A DNA stretch of 64,000 bases, from NCBI GenBank assembly GCA_028286615.1, contig JAQBRG010000003.1, forward strand, positions 147,406 through 211,405, written 5' to 3'. The notes beneath the pieces were generated by a model. That model was not told the DNA's origin. It saw nothing but the letters and a program-made list of their open reading frames with translations, and did no database searches. Every line of letters starts with the position of its first letter. Position 1 is the stretch's first letter. Positions 10,499 to 19,386 of this stretch are shown here, piece after piece. Origin of the DNA: Parcubacteria group bacterium. GTDB lineage: Bacteria; Patescibacteriota; Minisyncoccia; Phycocordibacterales; Phycocordibacteraceae. Position numbers and translations under genes: made by a program.

Positions 10499-10996
10499 TT
10501 GATGCCAAAGTATAAGTATAAAAACGATCGATGGAGTGAAGAGAATCTGCGCAAAACAGTTGCGGAGTCACTTAGCATTCGTGAGTGTCTAGAAAAATTG
10601 GGTCTATTTCCTGGAGGTGGAAACTATAGTCAGTATCATTTTCATATCAATAAATACGACATAGATACTTCTCATTACACTGGGCAGGGTTGGCGTAAGA
10701 ATAGAAGAGTGCCTAAAGAACCTTTATACAGTACAGAAGAATTATTTATTGCCGGTGTCCCACGTTCTCGGAGGAATCTCAAGAGGAGATTATACGGAGA
10801 AGGTTTCAAACTACCTAAGTGCGAAGAGTGCGGATGGGCTGAAGTAAGCCCAGACGGCCGCTTGCCTTTGGAGCTTGATCACATAAATGGAGACAATATG
10901 GATAACAGGATAGAGAACCTTCGTATCCTGTGCCCAAACTGTCATAGTTTGAAACCTACCCACAGAGGCAGTAACATGGGCAGAAGGCCGGGGTGA
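10499..10996 (+). CDS. free-standing HNH endonuclease
   Basis: CEECG...LELDHINGDNMDNRIENLRILCPNCHS. Confidence 0.9.
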   Translation: MMPKYKYKNDRWSEENLRKTVAESLSIRECLEKLGLFPGGGNYSQYHFHINKYDIDTSHYTGQGWRKNRRVPKEPLYSTEELFIAGVPRSRRNLKRRLYGEGFKLPKCEECGWAEVSPDGRLPLELDHINGDNMDNRIENLRILCPNCHSLKPTHRGSNMGRRPG

Positions 10997-11074
10997 TGAA
11001 ATTGGTTAGACATTACAGACTTAAACTCTGTCGGTAGCAATACCATGCGGGTTCGAGTCCCGCCCCCGGCACCA
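10987..11074 (+). tRNA. tRNA-Leu(TAA)
   Basis: GCCGGGG...CCCCGGC-A-CCA, ACAGA-CT-TAA-AC-TCTGT, long variable arm. Confidence 0.92.
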
Positions 11075-12231
11075 TGGAATTTTTAAATAAACTTCGTGCT
11101 TTCAAGAACAGGTTCTCGCACTACAGCCCACTAGTAGAGGTTGGAATTTCCCGTGCGAATCTTCTGCACAATCTCCACACCTACCAGGAGTCTTATCCAA
11201 ATCTTAAGTTCGCACCGGTACTTAAAAGCAACGCATACGGACATGACTTAGGTCTTGTGGCTCGCCTACTTGATAAAGAGGACATCGCCTTTTTTATGGT
11301 GGACTCGTTCTATGAGGCACGAAGATTGAGAGGCGCGGGAGTACGCTCTCGTATTCTTGTTATGGGCTACGTGCGTCCAGAAGATATAGTTCGCACTTCT
11401 GTTACAAACGTAGACTTTGCTATAACTGACCTAACACAACTCAAAGAGGTCTCCACTCTTCTTACGCACCCAACACGTATACACCTCAAGCTCGATACTG
11501 GGATGCATCGCCAGGGCATAACTCCGGAAGACCTGGCTGAGGCTATTAGCTTAATAAAGCAGAATTCAAACCTAGAGCTTGTTGGTATCTGTTCTCATTT
11601 TGCAGACGCTGATACAGACAATTCTCCTCATGCCCGTATGCAGGTTAAACGCTTCCAGGAAGCTTCTCTAGTGCTGTCTGAGGCATTTCCTCATATCGAG
11701 TACAAACACCTCGCAGCAACCAAGGGAGTGCGGTATGCAGAGGAAGCAGGAACGAACGTGGCCCGTCCCGGTATCGGTCTCTATGGTTTTGATACTTCCC
11801 CCTCGCATAGCACGCCTCTTAAGCCAGTTCTTGAGCTTCGAGCGATTATTGGGTCTGTACGCACAGTGTCTCCTGGAGAGACGGTTGGATACAACGCGAC
11901 ACACGAGGTTACAAAGGAGTCTCGCATAGCAACTATCCCAGCTGGATACTTTGAAGGCGTAGACCGAAGACTGTCTGGAAAAGGCGTGGTGCTAGTTCGA
12001 GGAGTTGTTTGTCCTATTGTTGGGCGGGTATCCATGAACATGATTAGTGTAGACGTTACGGGCGTTCCTGAGGCAGCTCCAGGAGACTCTGTAGTCCTCA
12101 TCAGCCGCAACCCAGAGGATTTGAATAGCATTCCTCACATTGCCGAAGCCGTAAGCACCCCAGAGTACCGGGAGAGCGAGTACGTCCTTCTCACTCACAT
12201 TCCCCAGCATCTGAGACGTGTGGCTGAATAA
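11074..12231 (+). CDS. alr: alanine racemase
   Basis: VLKSNAYGH, HLKLDTGMHRQG, SHFADAD, RPGIGLYG, GRVSMN. Confidence 0.93.
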   Translation: MEFLNKLRAFKNRFSHYSPLVEVGISRANLLHNLHTYQESYPNLKFAPVLKSNAYGHDLGLVARLLDKEDIAFFMVDSFYEARRLRGAGVRSRILVMGYVRPEDIVRTSVTNVDFAITDLTQLKEVSTLLTHPTRIHLKLDTGMHRQGITPEDLAEAISLIKQNSNLELVGICSHFADADTDNSPHARMQVKRFQEASLVLSEAFPHIEYKHLAATKGVRYAEEAGTNVARPGIGLYGFDTSPSHSTPLKPVLELRAIIGSVRTVSPGETVGYNATHEVTKESRIATIPAGYFEGVDRRLSGKGVVLVRGVVCPIVGRVSMNMISVDVTGVPEAAPGDSVVLISRNPEDLNSIPHIAEAVSTPEYRESEYVLLTHIPQHLRRVAE

Positions 12232-12279
12232 GAAAAAGAGGATTCCAAGAATCCTCTTTTTCTAGTATGGTATGTCTTG

Positions 12280-12352
12280 TCCGCCTGCCTGGATTCGAAC
12301 CAGGGACCATCTCCTTAAGAGGGAGTTGCTCTACCAACTGAGCTACAGGCGG
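12280..12352 (-). tRNA. tRNA-Lys(CTT)
   Basis: CCGCCTG-TAGCTCAGTTGGTAGAGC...CT-CTT-AA...GGTTCGAATCC-CAGGCGG. Confidence 0.9.
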
Positions 12353-12400
12353 GTTAAGATGAATCCTAGCACAAGGAGTTAGTTTGGTTCAATAGGAAAT

Positions 12401-12481
12401 GCTGGAGTGGCGAAATGGTATACGCGCTTGCCTTAGGAGCAGGTCCCTTCGGGGGTGGAGGTTCAAGTCCTCTCTCCAGCA
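12401..12481 (+). tRNA. tRNA-Leu(TAG)
   Basis: GCTGGAG...CTCCAGC-A, CTTGC-CT-TAG-GA-GCAGG, variable arm. Confidence 0.92.
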
Positions 12482-12484
12482 CAC

Positions 12485-12514
12485 TTGACAATACTTGGTA
12501 TTGTGTGATATATT
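12485..12514 (+). promoter_or_regulatory. sigma70-type promoter for SPFH operon
   Basis: TTGACA...TGATATATT immediately after the tRNA-Leu 3' end. Confidence 0.55.
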
Positions 12515-12564
12515 TTAAAGTGGAAGACATTGCTATTTGATGTCCAAATGAAAGGTTCAATCTC

Positions 12565-13680
12565 ATGGCCACCGTGCCTCACAGTACTGCGACTAAAGTG
12601 CGGATCGAGATTTATTGGATCACGGTCGCCCTCGTCACCCTCCTGCCGCTCGCTAGCCTGTCTCTGCCAACTCTTCTGATGGGCGTTCGGTTTACTGTCG
12701 TGCACTGGGCCTTCACGGTTCTGCTCGCGGCATACTACCTGACGTCAATCATGTTCGTTCAAACGAATGAACGAGGAGGTATCACAGTCCTCGAAAAGCC
12801 GGCACGAGAAGTTGGGCCGGGAATGTATTTCGTGCCCCGCTTCCTGATGGAACTCTTTACGATTCCAATCTCGACTCAGCAGGATCAATTCCCTGCTGAT
12901 CCGGAGCTCATCTCTAAAAGGCCGGATGAATTTGGCCTGAAAGAAAACGAGCTTCGTCCAATTCGTGCTACCACTGCTGCCGGAAGAATCGTTCCAGGTG
13001 ATGATCTTCAGAACGAAGACCCCCTTAACACGCGACTCACGCTTGAGCTCACCTACAGCATTCGCTGGAGACTCCGCGAAAAAGGATTCTTCGATATGTA
13101 TGTTTCTATCCCAGGCAGAACCTGGGACGACATGCGTACGGAAATCCGTCGGCAGATGCGCGATACGTCAGAATCTGAACTCGTTGAAGAAGTCAGTAAG
13201 CGGACGCCGTTCGAAGTGAACGGCGACATTCAGGTTCTTAACGCGGAGCTTGAACGCGAGGTCCAAACTGGAGTTTCTGATTGGGGTATCGATATCCTCG
13301 AGGCCCGACTGCAAACTCCGGATTTCTCGCACGACGTCAGCAAGGCTCTCTCCAACATTGCCACCAACCGCGCCGAAGCACAGGCAACTGCTGCTAAGGC
13401 GCAAGGTGAGCAACAACGTCTGATCCTTGAAGGCGAGGGTCAGGCTCAAGCCCGCGAAAGGCTGGCAACCGCTCGACAAGCTGAAATCGCCGCAGAAGGC
13501 AAAGGCCTCAAAGAAGCAGCTGATGCTTTGGAAATGCCCGGCGCCGACTACTACGCGGGCGAGATCGTCAAAACCGCTGTCGGTGAAGGTGACCTGATCA
13601 TCGGCACTGACGGCATATCCCAAATCGCCGGCCTCGGAAAATATATCTTCAAAGGCAAAAACGGAAAGGACAACACCTGA
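12565..13680 (+). CDS. SPFH/band 7 domain membrane protein
   Basis: N-terminal TMs, V..NERG.....KP.REVGPG.YF, WGIDILEARL, AEAQ/EGEG-rich coiled coil. Confidence 0.8.
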   Translation: MATVPHSTATKVRIEIYWITVALVTLLPLASLSLPTLLMGVRFTVVHWAFTVLLAAYYLTSIMFVQTNERGGITVLEKPAREVGPGMYFVPRFLMELFTIPISTQQDQFPADPELISKRPDEFGLKENELRPIRATTAAGRIVPGDDLQNEDPLNTRLTLELTYSIRWRLREKGFFDMYVSIPGRTWDDMRTEIRRQMRDTSESELVEEVSKRTPFEVNGDIQVLNAELEREVQTGVSDWGIDILEARLQTPDFSHDVSKALSNIATNRAEAQATAAKAQGEQQRLILEGEGQAQARERLATARQAEIAAEGKGLKEAADALEMPGADYYAGEIVKTAVGEGDLIIGTDGISQIAGLGKYIFKGKNGKDNT

Positions 13681-14483
13681 TGAGCATAAATGGCTCAGTG
13701 GTTGGTACGGTTGTCATCGTTCTCATCTGCATCGTTGCAGCGGGCGCGCTGATTCTAACCAGATGGAGGCCCGCACGGGGTATCCGTCTGCCGCGTATCA
13801 ACTTCAGGGGAATGTTTGGTGGCGGAGGCGGGCATGCGCCCGCAGCTGCTGCTCACGCCCCTGCCGCGCATGGTCATGGTGGACACGCGCCTTCTCCAGG
13901 CAACTGGGGTATGGTCGCCGTCCTCCTAGGCCTTGCGATACTGCTCGCCGCAATCGGTATCCTTTCGGGGAGATCGCCTTCCGTCGAGTCTATCGGCACC
14001 GTGGTCAAGAACGGCTGGTTCTGGATCCTACTTTCTTTCATCGTCCTGTTCGTGACCGCCTCGCTGATGCCCTCGGGCAAAGGTACGGCTTACACGCTCC
14101 TGGCGGTGATTGGGTTTCTCCTGCTTCTCGCCGCGGGAAGCACCGTGCAGGTGGCCGTTTCAGATACACAATCTGAGCATGCCGCACAGCAGACTGAACC
14201 TCCCATGAGCGATGCGTCGACCATGGGCCTGCATTGCCAAGGCGAAGGCGTACCTCTCAAGGAACTCGTTCCTGGAGAAGCTATCACCGTCTATCTGCCG
14301 GACTTTAAGGGAATTGAAAACTTCCCGAACGTCCGTAGCGGCCTCATCAGTCTTTGTTCCTTCAGTGACGAGACTCTGTGCGCAAGCCCAGATAACCCGC
14401 TGAAGCTCAGTTCTGAGCTCAGGGCCGTTAAGAATATTTCGGACCACAACATCAAGTATTCCTGCACCTATCATCCGTCGTAA
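13680..14483 (+). CDS. hypothetical membrane protein, translationally coupled to SPFH gene
   Basis: TGATG overlap; 4 TMs, Gly/His/Ala-rich loop, Cys-containing C-terminal domain. Confidence 0.7.
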   Translation: MSINGSVVGTVVIVLICIVAAGALILTRWRPARGIRLPRINFRGMFGGGGGHAPAAAAHAPAAHGHGGHAPSPGNWGMVAVLLGLAILLAAIGILSGRSPSVESIGTVVKNGWFWILLSFIVLFVTASLMPSGKGTAYTLLAVIGFLLLLAAGSTVQVAVSDTQSEHAAQQTEPPMSDASTMGLHCQGEGVPLKELVPGEAITVYLPDFKGIENFPNVRSGLISLCSFSDETLCASPDNPLKLSSELRAVKNISDHNIKYSCTYHPS

Positions 14484-14501
14484 GTACGCCGGACCAAAAC
14501 A

Positions 14502-14540
14502 AGAGTCGCCCCTGTCTTCGGACACGGGCGACTTTCTTTT
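14502..14540 (+). terminator. intrinsic terminator
   Basis: AGAGTCGCCC-CTGTC-TTCG-GACAC-GGGCGACTTT followed by T-run. Confidence 0.7.
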
Positions 14541-14802
14541 ATCCAGCACCAACCGTAGCTTTCATAATCGCGATAATAGAGTTGGCAGCAAATATAATAG
14601 CGAGCCCCACAAGTCCCCAGATCATGTGCATCTTTCCATCGCTTCGTTTCTCTTCGTCTGCTGAGTTAGCAACGAACTGAAAGATTCCCCACAAGAACAG
14701 CACGAACGCTGCGAGACTAATAAGCGTAATAATCGGATAGAGGATAGCGTTCGAGAACTTCTCAATCATAGGAGAGAGTATGCTTGTGGTTGCTTGATTC
14801 AT
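14539..14802 (-). CDS. VirB2/TrbC-like (CPR) pilin
   Basis: Two TM helices flanking ADEEKRSDGK..MIWGLVG. Confidence 0.75.
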   Translation of the reverse strand: MNQATTSILSPMIEKFSNAILYPIITLISLAAFVLFLWGIFQFVANSADEEKRSDGKMHMIWGLVGLAIIFAANSIIAIMKATVGAG

Positions 14803-14818
14803 TCCCTAATACTAACAG

Positions 14819-14843
14819 AACCCCGCGCCAAGAGCGCGGGGTT
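14819..14843. terminator. hairpin terminator after putative major pilin
   Basis: AACCCCGCGC-CAAGA-GCGCGGGGTT. Confidence 0.65.
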
Positions 14844-14865
14844 CTGCGTGGAGAAATCTAACGTG

Positions 14866-15228
14866 CTAGCGAGTTGTTGGTGCTACAGGAAGCTCGCTTC
14901 CGCGTGGACTGTTGTTATCAAGCTTAACGGTTCCGGTAAGGATGTTAACGAGTCCCCAAACAGATGCCATAACGAAGAATCCAATAAGGCCGTAGAGCAT
15001 GAGGCTCTTTCCCTTGCCCTGCTTCTCTTCGTCAGAAGCTCCTGCAATGAAGTAGAGGAATACTCCCCAAATAAACACGATGAATGCGAGTGCGAATACG
15101 AGAGGCACTGCAACCGTGTTAATGAGGTTGATAACAAAAGCCGCGAGGCTTTGAACGCTAGTAACCGTCTGCGCGGACGCAAGAGCGGGGAAAAGGAGTG
15201 CAGCACCGATGTAACCAATTTTCTTCAT
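14866..15228 (-). CDS. VirB2/TrbC-like (CPR) pilin, likely major subunit
   Basis: Signal peptide ending ASAQ; AFIVFIWGV..YFIAGASDEEK..KGK..MLYGLIGFFVM.SVWGLVN; own TTGACG/TATTCT promoter and terminator. Confidence 0.8.
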   Translation of the reverse strand: MKKIGYIGAALLFPALASAQTVTSVQSLAAFVINLINTVAVPLVFALAFIVFIWGVFLYFIAGASDEEKQGKGKSLMLYGLIGFFVMASVWGLVNILTGTVKLDNNSPRGSELPVAPTTR

Positions 15229-15314
15229 AGTAATGATAGGTAGTAAGTACTTCTTTAGAATAGACCGGAATGGAAACGCGTCAATAGACCTCTAGCGACT
15301 ATGGGGAAAAGATT

Positions 15315-15716
15315 TTACCCCTCCGCGTAGTCGAAATCAGAGGTACAAGGTGCTCCATCAAATGTTGGGATGCAGGGACGATTCTGTGAACCGAACCCGA
15401 ATGTGTTAACGAGCAAGTTAACAAGTCCCCATAGAGAAATCATAACGGCAAATCCGATGATACCGAATGTGATGAACTTAACGCCGTCTGCACGCTTCTC
15501 TTCGTTAGCAGCACCTGCGATGAAATAATTGAAAACTCCGAAAAGGAAGACAATGAATGCAACCGCAAAGATTAATGGAACGAGTACGCGGTTAAGGAAC
15601 GATACAAAGGAGGTGATGAGCGAACTTACGTTCGTTGCATCAATCTTTTGCGCGAACGTAACAAGCGGCATGGAGACAAGGAGTGCGAGTGCGCCTAAGC
15701 GGTAGAAGTTCTTCAT
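15315..15716 (-). CDS. VirB2/TrbC-like (CPR) pilin
   Basis: Signal peptide ending TFAQ; same conserved core; C-terminal Cys pair. Confidence 0.8.
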   Translation of the reverse strand: MKNFYRLGALALLVSMPLVTFAQKIDATNVSSLITSFVSFLNRVLVPLIFAVAFIVFLFGVFNYFIAGAANEEKRADGVKFITFGIIGFAVMISLWGLVNLLVNTFGFGSQNRPCIPTFDGAPCTSDFDYAEG

Positions 15717-15756
15717 ATAAGGACAGACTAGCAGGGATATGGTCTTGAACAAGCTG

Positions 15757-16236
15757 TTATGCACCTGAGCCGGCTACTGCACCCGCAAAACTGCTTACCA
15801 GGAGGTTCACAAGCCCCCAGACCGAGAACATCACGAAGAACGCGATAACCCCCCAAAGCATCAGATTCTTGCCCTTTGCGCGACCCTCCTCGCTTTGATC
15901 CAAGAAGAAGAATTGCACCATACCGATTAAGAAGGCTATAAATGTAAGCGCGTATATGAGCGGGACGACGCTGTTACTTACGAAAGGCACTATCACTTTG
16001 TATACCAAGCGTGCAAAAGTATTATTTACCTTTCCTGTTGAAACCACCTCGCTAACCTCGCAGTTATTGTTAAAACTACAATCGCTTACGCAGCGATAGC
16101 CGCCTTCATAAAAACGACAAGAGGTGCCATCAGGACAAGCACTTACGCACGTCTCAGCTGCTTGAACACTTGGTAGGTTCGGAAAGGCGAAAACACCCAG
16201 AAGGAGTATCGATAGACCAAAAAAACGCAGACTCAT
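15757..16236 (-). CDS. VirB2/TrbC-like (CPR) pilin with Cys-rich N-terminal domain
   Basis: CVSACPDGTSC...C..DC....C followed by the pilin core GRAKGKNLMLWGVIAFFVMFSVWGLVN. Confidence 0.8.
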   Translation of the reverse strand: MSLRFFGLSILLLGVFAFPNLPSVQAAETCVSACPDGTSCRFYEGGYRCVSDCSFNNNCEVSEVVSTGKVNNTFARLVYKVIVPFVSNSVVPLIYALTFIAFLIGMVQFFFLDQSEEGRAKGKNLMLWGVIAFFVMFSVWGLVNLLVSSFAGAVAGSGA

Positions 16237-16622
16237 AGAGTATTTGCTGTTGCTTGGATAACAGCACTAATCGCCTGGGCTCCAAGGAGAATAAGTCCGC
16301 CGATAACAGTCCAGATGAGCATGGAACGTGCATTCTTAAGCTCTTCCGCATTTCCCTGCGCGAGCACGAATTTAAACCCGGTGTATACCAGCATAAGTAC
16401 TAGGACAATAGTACCTATCTCAATAACCGCGCTCAGAATAACGTTCAACAAGTCGTTGAGATTATTAATATTCTTAAGCGGATTCTGTAAACCTGTTGAT
16501 GGTCCAGGATTAACCGAGTCAATCTCTTTATTTCCTGGATTCACTGAGTCCACCTCAGCTGCAGCGAAGAAAGGTACTGAGAATGTAGTTGCCAGAAGAA
16601 AGATAAATAGAATTCGATACAT
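16233..16622 (-). CDS. VirB2/TrbC-like (CPR) pilin
   Basis: LQNPL...GFKFVLAQGNAEELKNARSMLIWTVIGGLILLGA. Confidence 0.8.
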   Translation of the reverse strand: MYRILFIFLLATTFSVPFFAAAEVDSVNPGNKEIDSVNPGPSTGLQNPLKNINNLNDLLNVILSAVIEIGTIVLVLMLVYTGFKFVLAQGNAEELKNARSMLIWTVIGGLILLGAQAISAVIQATANTL

Positions 16623-16626
16623 AGTG

Positions 16627-17934
16627 TTAGTGGAGTGCGGCATCAATACTTTCGCTTGCGGACAGCAGCGCCTCATGCACTTGCTGGCGTCCGCTCGTTA
16701 TGTTTCCAATCATAGCAGCGAAGACACTATCGGTTTGTGGAGGTGCTGGGGACAGCCACACCTTTGCAACCAGCACTTCTGGATAAAAGACCGGTTCATA
16801 AAGATCGTCTAGCGAAGGCGTGAGCGCTGAGCGAAGAGCAGGAGCCATGCCAAGCGCACGAGCAACACCAGGAGCGATTGCTTTTCCAGTTAGTCCTGAG
16901 GCAACACGATACGCGCCGGTTGCATTTCGAGCAGTCTTTGGAATTACAAAAGCGTACACGCGTCCATACGTAGTGCGTGTGGCTGCGGTTGAAGGTTGTG
17001 GCACTACGCTCATATCAAAATCAAGATTCGGGTTCGCAGCTTTGAGTGAGTTGCGTTCTGATGCGTAGCCGAAGTAGAGCGCCAGGTCTCCTGAGAGAAA
17101 GGCTTGTCTCGCATCTGGGAGCGAACGATTCCAGGAATACACGGTTTTTGCAGGATTAGAAAACTCAGTATAGAAGCGAATAGCTGATTCGCTTCCACTG
17201 GTGCCGAAGTTTCCGTCTGTTTGTTTTGAGAGGGTTGAATACACTCCTCCTCCAGCGTCTCTGCTTGTTATGGCAGCTCCAGCTTGAAGAAGAAGGAGCG
17301 AGAGGATAGCCCGAGAGTTCCCTCCGTTCTCATAACTTCCAAACGAAACGAGACTGCGCGTTATGGTCTGGCCATTCGTTTGCTGCACGATACGAGGTGC
17401 AAGACCCATAACCGCTTCCCAGGTCTGAGGAGGCTCAGCAACACCGCTGGCAGACAATATAGAGCGGTTGTAGTACATAACAAGCGGATCAATAGCGAAT
17501 GGAATGCCGTAGCTTCCCGCACTGGTTAGATATATTTCTGAAACCGGAAGGAAAGAATCCTTGAAGGTACGTTCTGAGATGGTGGAGAGCGGTATGGGAG
17601 AAAGCTTGTTCTCTTCTTGAGCTAACTGCTCTTGCGATATAAGAAGGAGGTCGGGACCGTTGCCTGAAGCAATGGCATCTGCAACCTCCCCATCGAAGTT
17701 CGAGATTGATTTCTCTACGTACGAAACGGTTGCATATTCCTGATGGTCACGTCTGAGTTCGCTTAGTTGTACTTGGAGCACTTCTTCTGGAAGCGTTCCC
17801 CAAATAGTAACGGCACCTAGTGGCTTTACGCTTGTACCGAAACCTTTGAAGGTTGCAAAGAGAACAAGGCCGATAACCGCAAGAAAGCCGAAGACGGAGA
17901 GAAGGATAATCTGAAAGGGTCGTTGGGTTTGCAT
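16627..17934 (-). CDS. extracellular solute-binding protein (family 1-like), membrane anchored
   Basis: IASGNGPDL, YGIPFAIDPLVMYYNR, PQTWE, AFLSGDLALYFG. Confidence 0.85.
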   Translation of the reverse strand: MQTQRPFQIILLSVFGFLAVIGLVLFATFKGFGTSVKPLGAVTIWGTLPEEVLQVQLSELRRDHQEYATVSYVEKSISNFDGEVADAIASGNGPDLLLISQEQLAQEENKLSPIPLSTISERTFKDSFLPVSEIYLTSAGSYGIPFAIDPLVMYYNRSILSASGVAEPPQTWEAVMGLAPRIVQQTNGQTITRSLVSFGSYENGGNSRAILSLLLLQAGAAITSRDAGGGVYSTLSKQTDGNFGTSGSESAIRFYTEFSNPAKTVYSWNRSLPDARQAFLSGDLALYFGYASERNSLKAANPNLDFDMSVVPQPSTAATRTTYGRVYAFVIPKTARNATGAYRVASGLTGKAIAPGVARALGMAPALRSALTPSLDDLYEPVFYPEVLVAKVWLSPAPPQTDSVFAAMIGNITSGRQQVHEALLSASESIDAALH

Positions 17935-17940
17935 AGAAAG

Positions 17941-18471
17941 TTACGGAGCTGTAAACACAATACTATAGTGGTGTGGGCCTGCACGGAAATCTTTAACCTT
18001 ATGGAAGCCCCCTGTAATAAAAAGTTCTTCAGCAACATGCTCGGGTACCACGCGATGCGGAAGCGGACCCATACCTCCATATGCTCCTGCCCAATCTATA
18101 ACAAGTAACCGTCCTCCCGGCTTTAAGATGCGTTTGATTTCTGCAATTGCTTCCTGTTGGTGATCAAGTTGAAAGAGCGTGTTCGAAAGAATAACCACAT
18201 CAAGTGCGTGGTCTTTGAGCTTCGTACCTCCTGCTGTCTCGAAGTTCCCCCAAACGGTTTCGATATTCTTGAATCCGCGCTGCTGTGCGAGATCTCGAAT
18301 ATGCTTAAGAATATCTTCTTGGATATCAACGGCATACACGCGTCCCTCGTCTCCAACCATAGCGGCTGCAGCAACAGCGTAGTGTCCAGACCCAGCACCC
18401 AGGTCTCCCACTTTCATACCTTCTTTAAGACCCAGCTGCAGAACATTGCTCTGCGGGTTAGAGAAATTCAT
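17941..18471 (-). CDS. class I SAM-dependent methyltransferase
   Basis: VGDLGAGSG, VYAVDIQ, RILKPGGRLLVIDW; start corrected to MNFSNP. Confidence 0.88.
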   Translation of the reverse strand: MNFSNPQSNVLQLGLKEGMKVGDLGAGSGHYAVAAAAMVGDEGRVYAVDIQEDILKHIRDLAQQRGFKNIETVWGNFETAGGTKLKDHALDVVILSNTLFQLDHQQEAIAEIKRILKPGGRLLVIDWAGAYGGMGPLPHRVVPEHVAEELFITGGFHKVKDFRAGPHHYSIVFTAP

Positions 18472-18532
18472 TACTATAAAAATAGCACGGGCCACGCGAT
18501 GCGCAGCCCGTGTTGGGGACGAAATACGTATT

Positions 18533-18718
18533 CTAGGATTCAATGCGGTTTCCTTCTGAGTCTGCGACCCACCCCTCCTTGACGCTCTTGGCCACCTTGA
18601 GTGCTTGAACTCGATCGGGGTAGTCAGCAACGACTCGCTTTTCCCCGGCAACCACCCTGTACATGCCCTCGGGAGCTTTTAGCTCGTGACGCATAGGCGT
18701 CCTTCTAATAACAGTCAT
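18533..18718 (-). CDS. small hypothetical protein
   Basis: 61 aa ORF with AAGGAG SD. Confidence 0.55.
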   Translation of the reverse strand: MTVIRRTPMRHELKAPEGMYRVVAGEKRVVADYPDRVQALKVAKSVKEGWVADSEGNRIES

Positions 18719-18844
18719 TGGCTTACTCCTTGCTGCCCGGGTGTGATATACACCGGGAACTTCTTGCTGTCTACAGTTACAGATAAAGAATCGACCCCAA
18801 CATGCGTGAGCAGGCTGAGGTCGAGATTGGGTAACCGAAACGTC

Positions 18845-19312
18845 TTAGTGCGGTTGCTGCGGTCCGGGTTCTCCTTCTCTAAAACCAACTATTATTACGC
18901 GACCCTGTGGCGGAGCTTTGACATAGCCCATAGTCCAGTCCGGCGCAACATAGCATCCGCGTTCTTCCTTGCCGTCCGGAAGTTCCTTGCACATTTCAGC
19001 CTGAAACAGCGCGAATGTGATTTGGTGAAGCAGCGCTGATTCGCAATAGAGGTCACGAAGGCTTACGGCAGGCGCTCCGTCACTGTTGCGCTCTGCCTCA
19101 TCGATCTTTACTCCCACGTCGGCAGCTATCTTTGAGTAGCGAGCTGCAAGCGTAATCAGCTGCTTAATGCCCGTTGTGGCGGGACCGACAGGTGTTATCT
19201 CGCAATCTGCGGGTGGCATACTGTCAATAGGTATGTAGTCCTCGGGTTTAATCGAGGCAAGATCCGCAAGGATTCGATTGAGCACATGGCTCGAAGTCGT
19301 GATGTCAGACAT
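18845..19312 (-). CDS. hypothetical protein
   Basis: 155 aa ORF, no recognised motif. Confidence 0.6.
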   Translation of the reverse strand: MSDITTSSHVLNRILADLASIKPEDYIPIDSMPPADCEITPVGPATTGIKQLITLAARYSKIAADVGVKIDEAERNSDGAPAVSLRDLYCESALLHQITFALFQAEMCKELPDGKEERGCYVAPDWTMGYVKAPPQGRVIIVGFREGEPGPQQPH

Positions 19313-19386
19313 TCAAGTTCCCCAAAATAGAAAATTGCAGGCACAGTTACAGCCTGCAATTACTATATAATATAAATATTTCTTGT

